From Candidatus Moraniibacteriota bacterium (lineage in GTDB: Bacteria > Patescibacteriota > Minisyncoccia > Moranbacterales > UBA2206): a DNA stretch of 64,000 nt. Position numbers and translations under genes: made by a program. The DNA lies in NCBI GenBank assembly GCA_030645735.1, contig JAUSNP010000006.1, forward strand, positions 68,095 through 132,094. Reading direction: 5' to 3'. How positions within the stretch are numbered: position 1 is the first letter of the stretch; each line of letters starts with the position of its first letter. Positions 26,252 to 34,809 of this stretch are shown here, in pieces. Under the pieces are notes generated by a model. It made no database searches. It saw nothing but the letters and a program-made list of their open reading frames with translations, and was not told where the DNA came from.

Positions 26252-26674
26252 ATGAATAAAAAAATGATTATGTTGGGTGGTCTTGGCTTGGTGGCGTTGG
26301 GCGCCGTAGCGCTTGCAACTGGCACTTATGCCTATCAAGGTAATCCAGCCAAATTTGGACCAAACTACACACCTGAACGGCATGCGCAAATGCAAAAAGC
26401 TTTTGAAAGCAATGATTATGCAGCCTGGAAAGCGCAAATGGGCGATCGTGGCGCAACTCGCATAGTGAATGAGCAAAATTTTGCGCGCTTTTCACAAATG
26501 CACAAATTGATGCTGGAAGGCAAAACAACCGAAGCCAATGCTATTCGCTCCGAACTTGGCTTGGGACAAGGCGGTGGCCAAGGTCGCGGAATGATGAATG
26601 GTCAGCGTGGACAAAATCAAGGAGGAAATTTTGTTGACGTCAACAAAGATGGCATTTGCGACCATATGCAATAA
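26252..26674 (+). CDS. secreted Gly/Met-rich protein, possible Spy/CpxP/ZraP-like periplasmic stress protein
   Basis: Signal peptide. YTPERHAQMQ is an LTxxQ-like motif. It shares the exact motif GQGRGMMN with the upstream membrane protein. Confidence 0.4.
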   Translation: MNKKMIMLGGLGLVALGAVALATGTYAYQGNPAKFGPNYTPERHAQMQKAFESNDYAAWKAQMGDRGATRIVNEQNFARFSQMHKLMLEGKTTEANAIRSELGLGQGGGQGRGMMNGQRGQNQGGNFVDVNKDGICDHMQ

Positions 26675-26688
26675 AAGTGAAGATAGGC

Positions 26689-26722
26689 AAAGAGGATATC
26701 AAAAAATATCCTCTTTGTTTTG
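26689..26722 (+). terminator. rho-independent terminator
   Basis: AAGAGGATAT...ATATCCTCTT hairpin followed by TGTTTT. Confidence 0.7.
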
Positions 26723-26749
26723 AAAAGACTAATAATTTTTTTATACACG

Positions 26750-27880
26750 ATGAAATATAAAATAAAGTTGCGCACATTTTCACAAATCACAGCGGTTGGA
26801 ATCGTTTTGTTTTTGACTTTGAGTCATTTGAAATTTGGCATTGAACAGGCAGCACCGATTGATGCCTATTGTCCCTTCGGAGCGATTGAAGGATTTTTGA
26901 CCTATCTTTTCACCGGAGAATATTTGAAACGCATCTATGCTAGCTCATTTATTTTGATGGGTATCTTGTTGGTTTCAACTTTGATTTTCGGTCGAGTTTT
27001 TTGTTCGCATTTCTGTCCATTGGGTGCCATTCAGGAATGGATGCGATCTGTGGGAAGAAAAATTGGCATCAAGAATGATGTCGAATTGCCAGTCAAAATG
27101 GACGCGGTTTTGCGTTATGCTAAATATGTCATTTTGGCAGTGATAATTTATTTTTCCTATCAAGTCGGCGATTTGGTTTTCCGCGCCTATGACCCATTCA
27201 ACGCGCTGATGCATTTCGGGGAAGAATTTGATGAGAAAGTTTTTGGTTATTCAATTCTTGGCCTTCTGGTTTTGGCGTCACTTTTTTCCAAAAATTGGTG
27301 GTGTCGCTATTTTTGTCCGCTTGGTGCAACTTTTGCGATTTTCAAAAAAGTGAGTCCGTTCAAAATTTCCCGCAACGCTTCAACTTGTGTCAGTTGCGGA
27401 ACTTGCACACAGAGCTGTCCAGCTGGTTTGCCAGTGGAAAAACAAGATGAAACAAAATCAGGTGATTGCATCAGTTGCCTGGATTGTGTGAGTGAATGTC
27501 CCGAAAGCAGTTTGAAGGCGCAGGTTTTTGGTTGGGAAATTTCCAAGGCCAAATTTAGCTTGATTGTCATTGGCGCATTCTTTTTGCCACTTCTGATTTT
27601 TATGGCCACACCATTGTGGCAAGTCAAAGCGCCATCCAATATCGTGAATACCGCCGGGGAAGTCGATCTGACCAATTTACGCGGGAGCAACACTCTGCAA
27701 TATTTGATCGATACAACTGGAATCCCACTTTCAGTTTTCCAAGAAAAATTGCATTTGCCAGTGGATGTCGATACAAAACTGAAATTGAAAGACATCGGTC
27801 CGAAATATAACCTCAAAAACTCAGAAGGCGTTTTCATTGAGGCCGAAGAATTTCGTGAGGTGGTTGAGCAATTAAAATAG
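26750..27880 (+). CDS. membrane-bound 4Fe-4S ferredoxin-type protein (NapH/MauN-like polyferredoxin)
   Basis: Multiple TM helices plus Cys clusters CSHFCPLGAIQEW, CRYFCPLGATF, CVSCGTCTQSCP and CISCLDCVSECP. The start is taken at ATG 26750 because the track start 26720 overlaps the terminator. Confidence 0.7.
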   Translation: MKYKIKLRTFSQITAVGIVLFLTLSHLKFGIEQAAPIDAYCPFGAIEGFLTYLFTGEYLKRIYASSFILMGILLVSTLIFGRVFCSHFCPLGAIQEWMRSVGRKIGIKNDVELPVKMDAVLRYAKYVILAVIIYFSYQVGDLVFRAYDPFNALMHFGEEFDEKVFGYSILGLLVLASLFSKNWWCRYFCPLGATFAIFKKVSPFKISRNASTCVSCGTCTQSCPAGLPVEKQDETKSGDCISCLDCVSECPESSLKAQVFGWEISKAKFSLIVIGAFFLPLLIFMATPLWQVKAPSNIVNTAGEVDLTNLRGSNTLQYLIDTTGIPLSVFQEKLHLPVDVDTKLKLKDIGPKYNLKNSEGVFIEAEEFREVVEQLK

Positions 27881-27899
27881 GCATAGACAGGGCAAGCTA

Positions 27900-27928
27900 T
27901 TGACAGTCTGATGTAAATCCCATAAACT
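27900..27928 (+). promoter_or_regulatory. sigma70-type promoter (TTGACA-17-TAAACT)
   Basis: It has the same hexamers as rRNA P1, and no ORF follows within about 160 nt. Confidence 0.5.
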
Positions 27929-27934
27929 TAATTC

Positions 27935-28099
27935 GTTCAACGCAACTCTGGGCTGGTTCATTTGAGCAGAAAATGAATCGGGCACCTTCGACAATCTGCA
28001 TAGGAGGGTAGCAGCAAAGAAAAAATAAAAAATTAGGAATTTTCAAAGGCACCCTGGACCTCAACTAGCTTCGGCTGGAAGAGGTCTGGGGATTTTTTT
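27935..28099 (+). ncRNA. candidate small RNA between consensus promoter and terminator-like hairpin
   Basis: The promoter is at 27900-27928. The hairpin GACCTCAACTAGCTTCGGCTGGAAGAGGTC is followed by TGGGGATTTTTTT at 28057-28099. No ORF of 60 aa or more is present. Confidence 0.3.
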
Positions 28100-28147
28100 A
28101 TTTTCCGTCCCTTTTTTAGAACCACTTTTTTCCAATTTTTCAACCCC

Positions 28148-28176
28148 TTGACAAGTCTCAATTTTGGGAGTATACT
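28148..28176 (+). promoter_or_regulatory. sigma70-type promoter (TTGACA-17-TATACT)
   Basis: Near-consensus promoter with a long leader before ORF 28313. Confidence 0.55.
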
Positions 28177-28312
28177 TCAGAGCTAACAAAATTAACAATC
28201 GCAAAAACTCAAAAGTCATAAAAATAGAATGAGACCTGAAAATCCATAACTATTTAGGGCGCTGTGACAAAAAGACTGCACAAAGTTTGGTGCAGGGCTC
28301 TAAGTCAACTAT

Positions 28313-28633
28313 ATGACCAGCTCGATCAAGGCATTAAGATCAACTTTCAATCTTATGCTGTCTATTGTCGAGTTGATAATTGGATTGAGTTTTGCAATTA
28401 GAATCTTTAGTTCGGATATAACTTCCAATGGAAGTCTTGCCGATTTCGTTTCAGAAACTTCTGGAAAAATAAATTCCAACACATCTTCGTCTTTTGGAAA
28501 TTTGCAATTGACTGGCCCACTGACATTTTTAGTTTTCATATTAGGCTTCATGCTTTTTTCCGCCGCACTTTTTTCGCAAGTTCCGAGAATTCTGCAGCAA
28601 AGAAAAAAAGACTTGGAAGTGGAGATGGATTGA
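28313..28633 (+). CDS. hypothetical small membrane protein
   Basis: 106 aa with two hydrophobic segments and no SD. A same-size antisense ORF overlaps it. Confidence 0.3.
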   Translation: MTSSIKALRSTFNLMLSIVELIIGLSFAIRIFSSDITSNGSLADFVSETSGKINSNTSSSFGNLQLTGPLTFLVFILGFMLFSAALFSQVPRILQQRKKDLEVEMD

Positions 28634-28787
28634 AAAAATGCGCATGGATGCTGGCTTTCAAGTTGGCAGGGGCAGAGTATTGACAGATTTCCTAGAGATA
28701 CTAGCGCTATTTTTCAACTAGGTGTATAATATCTATTGTAATCGCACTAACGTGATTGCAACTAATAAATAATTTAAACAAAACACT

Positions 28788-29069
28788 ATGGCAAAGATGA
28801 CAAAGTCACAATTGCTCGTTACGCTTTCTGAGCAATCAGGGCTAGCAAAGAAGGACGTGAAAAACTTTTTCGATGTGCTAACTGCGTTGGCATACAAAGA
28901 AGTGAAGAAGAATGGAGAGTTCGTTCTACCTGGATTTGGTAAAATGGTGAAAGCAAAAAGAAAAGCACGCGCTGGAGTTAATCCTGCAACTGGAGAAAAA
29001 ATTCAAATCGCTGCAAAAACTGTTGTTAAATTCAGACTAGCTAAAGCAGCTAAAGAAGCTGTTCTATAG
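28788..29069 (+). CDS. hup: DNA-binding protein HU
   Basis: RKARAGVNPATGEKIQIAAKTVVKFRLAKAAKEAV is the HU/IHF arm signature. Confidence 0.9.
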   Translation: MAKMTKSQLLVTLSEQSGLAKKDVKNFFDVLTALAYKEVKKNGEFVLPGFGKMVKAKRKARAGVNPATGEKIQIAAKTVVKFRLAKAAKEAVL

Positions 29070-29087
29070 GTCTATCTGAAATCATGC

Positions 29088-29124
29088 AAAAACACCCCGA
29101 GTAATCAGGGTGTTTTTGTTTTTT
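29088..29124. terminator. bidirectional rho-independent terminator between convergent hup and PBP genes
   Basis: AACACCCCGAGTAATCAGGGTGTT hairpin with T-runs on both strands. Confidence 0.75.
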
Positions 29125-29131
29125 ATGCTGG

Positions 29132-31180
29132 CTATTTCTTGGCCGGCGAATATTCAATGCGAATTTCCACTTCGTCGCTATCCAATTTTTTAGCTTTCTT
29201 TTCAGAGATTTTTTTGCCACTAGCTTTTTTGATGTAAGTTACTTTTTCAACAATATTATCTGGCGCTTTGTTAGTGTCAGGCGCTTTGTCATAGGCGATA
29301 AAAGGGTCGACAGGATAATCATTCAAAACTTGCGACATAAATTTGTTCCAGATGGGTGCGGCTACATACGATCCATCAGCGCCGGCGCGCATTGGATGAT
29401 TATTATTATTGCCGACCCAGACACCTGTGGTAATGCTAGGTGTGAAGCCGACTGTCCAAGCATCTTTGAATTCAGAAGTGGTGCCCGTTTTGGCTGCGAC
29501 AATTTTGCCAGGAATGAACAATTTATTGTTCGGTCCAAAAATTGGCACGCGCGCCGCGTTGTCAGACAGGATGGAATTTATCTTGCGGGCAATTTGTGGA
29601 TCAAGTACAGACTCATTTTGCGCAGTCGGGGCATAGAGAGTCTTGCCGACGCTGTCTGTGACTTTCAAAATGGCTGTGGGTGAATTCTTTTTTCCATCGT
29701 TGGCAAAAACTGCATAACCAGCTGTTTCATCCAACAATTTCACTTCTCCGCCACCCAACACCAAAGAGAGTCCATAGCGATTGGTTTCATTGAGAGTGGT
29801 GATGCCAAGGCGGTGAGCTAAATCAATGGTAGCTTGCACGCCAGCCAGAGAAAGTGTTTTGACAGCTGGCACATTGAGAGACATTGCCAACGCTTGGCGC
29901 ATAGTGACCACACCATGAAATTTGCCGTCATAATTGCGCGGGATATAATGTTTGCCAGAACCATCAGCTCCAAAGTCAGTTTTGGCATCAAGAATTCTTG
30001 TTTCTGGTTGATAGCCTTTTTCAAAAGCAGTGGCATAGGCGAAAGGCTTGAAAGATGATCCGGGTTGGCGCGGTCGAGTGGTCACATTGACTTGTCCATC
30101 AATCGAATCGTCATAATAATTTTTACTGCCAACCATCGCTAAAATTTGTCCGCTCTTTGGATCTAGCGAAACCAAAGCGGCGTTGGAAGCGCCATATTTT
30201 TTCAGATTAGCGTCACTTTCAGTCAATATTTGCTCGGCCAACTTCTGTTTATTATAATCCAAAGTTGTATACACCCGCAGGCCGCCTTGTTCAAGGACTT
30301 GCGTGCCAAATTGTTTTTCCAATTCATCACGGACATAAAAAACAAAATGCGGGGAATCAATCATAGCTGCAAAGGGAATGATTTTTTCGGTGATAGGAAC
30401 GGCTTTGGCCGCCACAACCTTGGTGCGAGTTGCTAATTGTAAAGTACCAATTCGATCGAGAATTTTTTGTTGACGAGACAGCAATTCATTCAAGTGATTG
30501 CCAAAGGGCGAATAATAGCTGGTGGCTTTGGGCATAGCCGCTAACAAGGCTGCTTCATCCAAAGTCAGGTCTTTAGCATTTTTTCCAAAAAAAGTTTTAG
30601 CCGCCGCCTCAACGCCATAGGCATTGGAACCATAGGGGATTTCATTGAGATACATATCCAAGATTTGATCCTTGGTATATTTCTTTTCGATTTTTATGGC
30701 GATGACAAGTTCGATGATTTTTCTACGAAGAGTTTTTTCGCGGCCAAGAAAAGCATTGCGAGCCAGTTGCTGAGTAATCGTTGAGGCTCCTTGTGACATG
30801 CTATTTTTTTGGATATTGTTCTTCAATGCTCGCGCGATGGAAAAAAGGTCAATGCCAAAATGGCGATAGAAGCTGTCATCTTCGGCTGCAATGGTGGCAA
30901 CGCGAATTGAATCGGGAATTTCATCGTGAGTCAGAATTATGCGATTTTCTTCGCCATGAATTTCATACAGAATGTGCTGACCAGTTCGATCATAAATCAG
31001 CGTAGTTCGCGGAGATAGGCGCTTGGTTAGATTTACAGCAATAGGCGCCTGGAAATAGATATATAATAGGACGCCGAAACCAAAGGCACCCAGCATTAGA
31101 AAAACATTGAAAGAAATAAGGATGATTTCTTTAATCACCATTTGCGGGCTTATTTTACCATTTTTTTTGATAAATCCCAT
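29132..31180 (-). CDS. class A penicillin-binding protein (transglycosylase/transpeptidase, PBP1A-like)
   Basis: The GT51 motifs EDDSFYRHFGID and TITQQLARN. The transpeptidase motifs SSFKPF, SLN and KTGTT. N-terminal TM helix. Confidence 0.9.
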   Translation of the reverse strand: MGFIKKNGKISPQMVIKEIILISFNVFLMLGAFGFGVLLYIYFQAPIAVNLTKRLSPRTTLIYDRTGQHILYEIHGEENRIILTHDEIPDSIRVATIAAEDDSFYRHFGIDLFSIARALKNNIQKNSMSQGASTITQQLARNAFLGREKTLRRKIIELVIAIKIEKKYTKDQILDMYLNEIPYGSNAYGVEAAAKTFFGKNAKDLTLDEAALLAAMPKATSYYSPFGNHLNELLSRQQKILDRIGTLQLATRTKVVAAKAVPITEKIIPFAAMIDSPHFVFYVRDELEKQFGTQVLEQGGLRVYTTLDYNKQKLAEQILTESDANLKKYGASNAALVSLDPKSGQILAMVGSKNYYDDSIDGQVNVTTRPRQPGSSFKPFAYATAFEKGYQPETRILDAKTDFGADGSGKHYIPRNYDGKFHGVVTMRQALAMSLNVPAVKTLSLAGVQATIDLAHRLGITTLNETNRYGLSLVLGGGEVKLLDETAGYAVFANDGKKNSPTAILKVTDSVGKTLYAPTAQNESVLDPQIARKINSILSDNAARVPIFGPNNKLFIPGKIVAAKTGTTSEFKDAWTVGFTPSITTGVWVGNNNNHPMRAGADGSYVAAPIWNKFMSQVLNDYPVDPFIAYDKAPDTNKAPDNIVEKVTYIKKASGKKISEKKAKKLDSDEVEIRIEYSPAKK

Positions 31181-31370
31181 ATATTTGGCACATCCCTATT
31201 TATATACTAGCATGATTAGCTATTCTACGGTAAATTGCGGAATTGTCAATTTGACAGAATATATCATATGACTCATAATATGAACATAGAGGTGAATGGG
31301 GGAATGACCGGTCGATCTTCCGATAAACCCAGCATTTCAAAAAAGCTAATAAATCAAAGAAATTACTAAA

Positions 31371-31715
31371 ATGACAGAAATTATTCAAGACAGAGACTTC
31401 GTTGAATATGTTGTGAAACAAATTGTTAACAACCCAGACGCAGTTAAAGTTGACAGAAAGATTGATGAAATGGGTGTTCTTATCACTTTGGACGTAGCTC
31501 CAGAAGATATGGGCATGGTGATCGGTCGAGAAGGAGCCACAGCTAAAGCTCTTCGAACTTTGCTTCGCGTTATCGGAGCCAAGAACAACGCTAGAGTTAA
31601 TCTAAAGATTAACGAGCCAGAAGGGTCAACTCGCGAACCACGCGAACCCCGCGAACCTCGTGAGGCTGCAGCAAAGAAAACGATTGATGAAGTTGTTGGA
31701 GACATCCAATTCTAA
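31371..31715 (+). CDS. khpA: KH-domain RNA-binding protein (KhpA/YlqC-like) with C-terminal REPREPREPRE repeat
   Basis: MVIGREGATAKALRTLL is a KH GXXG-type core. The position upstream of trmD matches the conserved ylqC-trmD synteny. Confidence 0.65.
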   Translation: MTEIIQDRDFVEYVVKQIVNNPDAVKVDRKIDEMGVLITLDVAPEDMGMVIGREGATAKALRTLLRVIGAKNNARVNLKINEPEGSTREPREPREPREAAAKKTIDEVVGDIQF

Positions 31716-31772
31716 TATTAGCCACTTTTATTTCTGATTTGTTTCCTCACAGAGACAAATTGGATATTCAGC

Positions 31773-31803
31773 AAAAAAGGCCGTAACTGGTCTTTTTTGT
31801 TTT
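31773..31803 (+). terminator. rho-independent terminator
   Basis: AAAAAAGGCCGTAACTGGTCTTTTTT. Confidence 0.6.
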
Positions 31804-31835
31804 GTTTTAGGCTCACATTATGTTATTATTAATAC

Positions 31836-32504
31836 ATGTTAAAGTTCGACATAATCACAATTTTCCCTGAGATTTTCGATTCATATTTTTCTGAGTCGAT
31901 TCTTGGGCGTGCGCAAGCGGAAGAATACATTTCCATCGAAATTGAGAATTTGCGTGACTATACTGATGACGCTCGCAAAACAGTGGACGACACGCCCTAT
32001 GGTGGTGGCGCGGGTATGGTTATGAAAGTCGAACCAATTTTCAAAGCTTTGGAGGATGTGAAAAGCAAAAATGGAATCGACAAAGAAAAGACGCGTGTCA
32101 TTTTATTTTCCGCCAAGGGCAAGCGTTATACACAAAGAGATGCCGAAAGATTGTCACAATATGAGAATTTGATTTTGTTGTGTGGTCGCTATGAGGGTGT
32201 GGATGAACGCGTGGTGGAAAATTTGTGTGACGAAGAAATTTCTATTGGCGACATGGTTTTGACTGGTGGAGAGATTCCGGCCATGGCAGTGGTGGACAGC
32301 ATCACACGACTTCTTCCAGGCGTGTTAGGCAATGCCGAGTCGATTGAAATTGAATCTCATAGTGAAGATGGCTATTTGGAATTTCCCCAATATACCAAAC
32401 CAGAAGAATTCAATGGCTGGAAAGTTCCAGAGGTTTTGCTGAGTGGGGATCATAAAAAAATAAAGCAATGGCGTGAAGATCATTCCCAGAGAAAAATCAG
32501 CTAA
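31836..32504 (+). CDS. trmD: tRNA (guanine37-N1)-methyltransferase
   Basis: MLKFDIITIFPEIF...TPYGGGAGMVMKVEP is the canonical TrmD sequence. Confidence 0.95.
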   Translation: MLKFDIITIFPEIFDSYFSESILGRAQAEEYISIEIENLRDYTDDARKTVDDTPYGGGAGMVMKVEPIFKALEDVKSKNGIDKEKTRVILFSAKGKRYTQRDAERLSQYENLILLCGRYEGVDERVVENLCDEEISIGDMVLTGGEIPAMAVVDSITRLLPGVLGNAESIEIESHSEDGYLEFPQYTKPEEFNGWKVPEVLLSGDHKKIKQWREDHSQRKIS

Positions 32505-33609
32505 AAATGAGAATGGCAAAATGGATGCAGTTTTGATGTATGCCGTTTTTGGCTTGTTAGTTTTTGGTTTGATTATGATCGCTAGCGCTGGCGTGGGCTA
32601 TGCGCGGACGCGTTTTGGTGATGAATATTATTTTTTTAAGCGGCAACTTTTGTTTGGAATTTTACCAGGACTTTTGATTTTGACAATTATAAAAAATATT
32701 GATTATCGCATTTGGAAAAAGTTTTCTTTCATAGCTTTTGTGGTTAGTATTATTGCGCTCATTTTGGTTTTTGTGCCAGGCTTTGGAACAAAGATTTATG
32801 GCGCCAATCGCTGGTTGCAATTGGGACCTTTGTCATTTCAACCAGCAGAGATGTTGAAAATTTCTTTGATTCTATATTTAGCAGCGTGGCTAGAAAGCCG
32901 TCGCGAAAAAATTACCGATTTTTATGAAGGTTTGATGCCATTTGTGATGATTGTTGCCTTGGTCAGTTTTTTGCTCATCAAACAACCCGACATTGGAACG
33001 CTGGGTGTGACGATTCTCATCGCTATGTCAATTTTCTTTGTGTCAGGTGCTAAAATTTCTCACATGTTTGCAATGGGTGTGGCTGGTTTTCTTGCACTTC
33101 TAGCGCTGATTAAATTCGAATCATATCGTATGGATCGTCTGTTGGTTTTTTTGCATCCGGAATTGGATCCGCGCGGGATTGGCTATCAGATTAATCAAGC
33201 GTTGCTAGCTATTGGCTCTGGCGGAATTTTTGGGGTTGGGTTGGGTCACAGTTTGCAAAAATTCAACTATCTGCCAGAACCGGTAGGTGATTCAATTTTT
33301 GCCATCATCGGAGAGGAATTGGGATTTTTTGGCGAATTTGTTTTGATAATGCTGTTTGTGGTTTTCTTTTTGCGTGGACTGCGCATTGCCAAAAATGCGC
33401 CAGATATGTTTGGAAAATTGGTGGCCACTGGTATCGTGTCTTGGATAACCTTTCAAGCATTCATAAACATCTCGGCAATTTCCGGACTCATTCCGTTGAC
33501 AGGCATCCCATTGCCGTTCATTAGTTATGGAGGCACCTCAATCATTTTTTTATTAACAAGCGTTGGAATTTTATTAAATATTTCAAAACAAACAAACTTA
33601 AACAGTTAA
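32473..33609 (+). CDS. ftsW: SEDS-family peptidoglycan glycosyltransferase FtsW/RodA
   Basis: 10-TM profile. NQALLAIGSGGIFGVGLGHS...PEPVGDSIFAIIGEELGFFG is the SEDS signature. The alternative start ATG 32521 avoids overlap with trmD. Confidence 0.85.
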   Translation: MKIIPREKSAKNENGKMDAVLMYAVFGLLVFGLIMIASAGVGYARTRFGDEYYFFKRQLLFGILPGLLILTIIKNIDYRIWKKFSFIAFVVSIIALILVFVPGFGTKIYGANRWLQLGPLSFQPAEMLKISLILYLAAWLESRREKITDFYEGLMPFVMIVALVSFLLIKQPDIGTLGVTILIAMSIFFVSGAKISHMFAMGVAGFLALLALIKFESYRMDRLLVFLHPELDPRGIGYQINQALLAIGSGGIFGVGLGHSLQKFNYLPEPVGDSIFAIIGEELGFFGEFVLIMLFVVFFLRGLRIAKNAPDMFGKLVATGIVSWITFQAFINISAISGLIPLTGIPLPFISYGGTSIIFLLTSVGILLNISKQTNLNS

Positions 33610-33698
33610 TAAAGTCAAAAGTCTATAAAGTCTATAAAGTATTGTAATGAAATAACTTTACGAACTTTCATCTTTATAAACTTTATGAACTCAATTTT
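33610..33698. repeat. AT-rich upstream array of short tandem repeats (AGTCTATAA x2; AACTTTA x4)
   Basis: AAAGTCAAAAGTCTATAAAGTCTATAAAGTA...AACTTTACGAACTTTCATCTTTATAAACTTTATGAACTC. Confidence 0.6.
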
Positions 33699-34799
33699 AT
33701 GAAGATTATATTAGCGGGCGGAGGAACAGGTGGGCATTTGATGCCATTGGTGGCAGTGGCCAGAAAAATCAAAGAGAAGGCGCCAGACACAACTTTTGTT
33801 TTTGTCGGTCCAAAAGGCCAAATGGAAGATGACATCATTGGCAAAGAAGGGATTCCGATGCGAGCGATTGCCACTGGCAAATTGCGTCGCTATTTTTCTT
33901 TGAGCAATTTCACTGACATCTTTCGGATTCTGTTTGGAATTTTGCAATGCATGAAAATTTTGTTGGCAGAAATGCCAGACGCAGTTTTTTCCAAAGGTGG
34001 TTATGCTTCAATTCCAGTGGTTTTTGTAGCTTGGATGTATCGCATTCCAATTATGATTCACGAGTCTGACGCAGTGCCAGGAATGGCGAATGGAATTTTG
34101 AGCAAATTTGCAGATCGTGTGGCAGTGACATATCCAGAAGCGGAAAAGGAATTTCCATCTGCGCAAGTTGTAGTGACAGGCAATCCGATTCGTGAGGATG
34201 TCAATCTTGGTGATGTGGCCAAGGCGCGTCAAATGTTTGAACTGACTGAATCGAGAAAAACAATTTTTGTTTATGGTGGATCACAAGGTGCCAAGATTAT
34301 TAATGATAAAATAGTGGAATTGTTGCCGGAACTTTTGAAAAGATATCAAGTCATTCATCAAACTGGACAAAATAATTTTGAGGATGTGAAACATATGGCT
34401 GGCGAATTGGGTATCAAGGCTGGACGAGAAGGCTATCATCCGCTTTCTTTTATCGGTGAAGAATTGAAGGATATTTTTGCAGTTTCAGATTTGGTAATTT
34501 CTCGCGCTGGAGCCACATCAATTGCGGAAATTGCCGCTAATGGCAAACCAGCAATTTTGATTCCCATTGACAAGTCAGCCAACAATCATCAGCGAATGAA
34601 TGCCTATGCGATTGCCAAATTTGGCGGATGTGTAGTTTTGGAGGAAAATAATTTAGGCGAAAATTTATTTTTGAGCAGAATTAATGAAATTTTGGAAAAT
34701 GATGAGTTTCGACAAAAACTAGCCACAGATATTAAAATATTTTACCATCCAGATGCAGCTGACAAAATTGCGGATGGAGTGTTGGGTATGATTAATTAA
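33699..34799 (+). CDS. murG: undecaprenyldiphospho-muramoylpentapeptide beta-N-acetylglucosaminyltransferase
   Basis: MKIILAGGGTGGHLMPLVAV is the N-terminus, with a GT28 C-terminal domain. Confidence 0.9.
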   Translation: MKIILAGGGTGGHLMPLVAVARKIKEKAPDTTFVFVGPKGQMEDDIIGKEGIPMRAIATGKLRRYFSLSNFTDIFRILFGILQCMKILLAEMPDAVFSKGGYASIPVVFVAWMYRIPIMIHESDAVPGMANGILSKFADRVAVTYPEAEKEFPSAQVVVTGNPIREDVNLGDVAKARQMFELTESRKTIFVYGGSQGAKIINDKIVELLPELLKRYQVIHQTGQNNFEDVKHMAGELGIKAGREGYHPLSFIGEELKDIFAVSDLVISRAGATSIAEIAANGKPAILIPIDKSANNHQRMNAYAIAKFGGCVVLEENNLGENLFLSRINEILENDEFRQKLATDIKIFYHPDAADKIADGVLGMIN

Positions 34800-34809
34800 G
34801 ACTCACTAA

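Noticed and set aside
27935-28099. Possible SRP (4.5S) RNA because of GGAGGGTAGCAGCAAAG resembling the domain IV GGAAGGAAGCAGCCAAGG
   Set aside because: There is no GNRA-capped helix 8 with a complementary 5' strand (no AGGUCAGGUCC-like partner). The resemblance is limited to one short strand.
33610-33698. AT-rich short tandem repeats as a CRISPR array
   Set aside because: The units are only ~9-10 nt, there are no unique spacers, and no cas genes are nearby.
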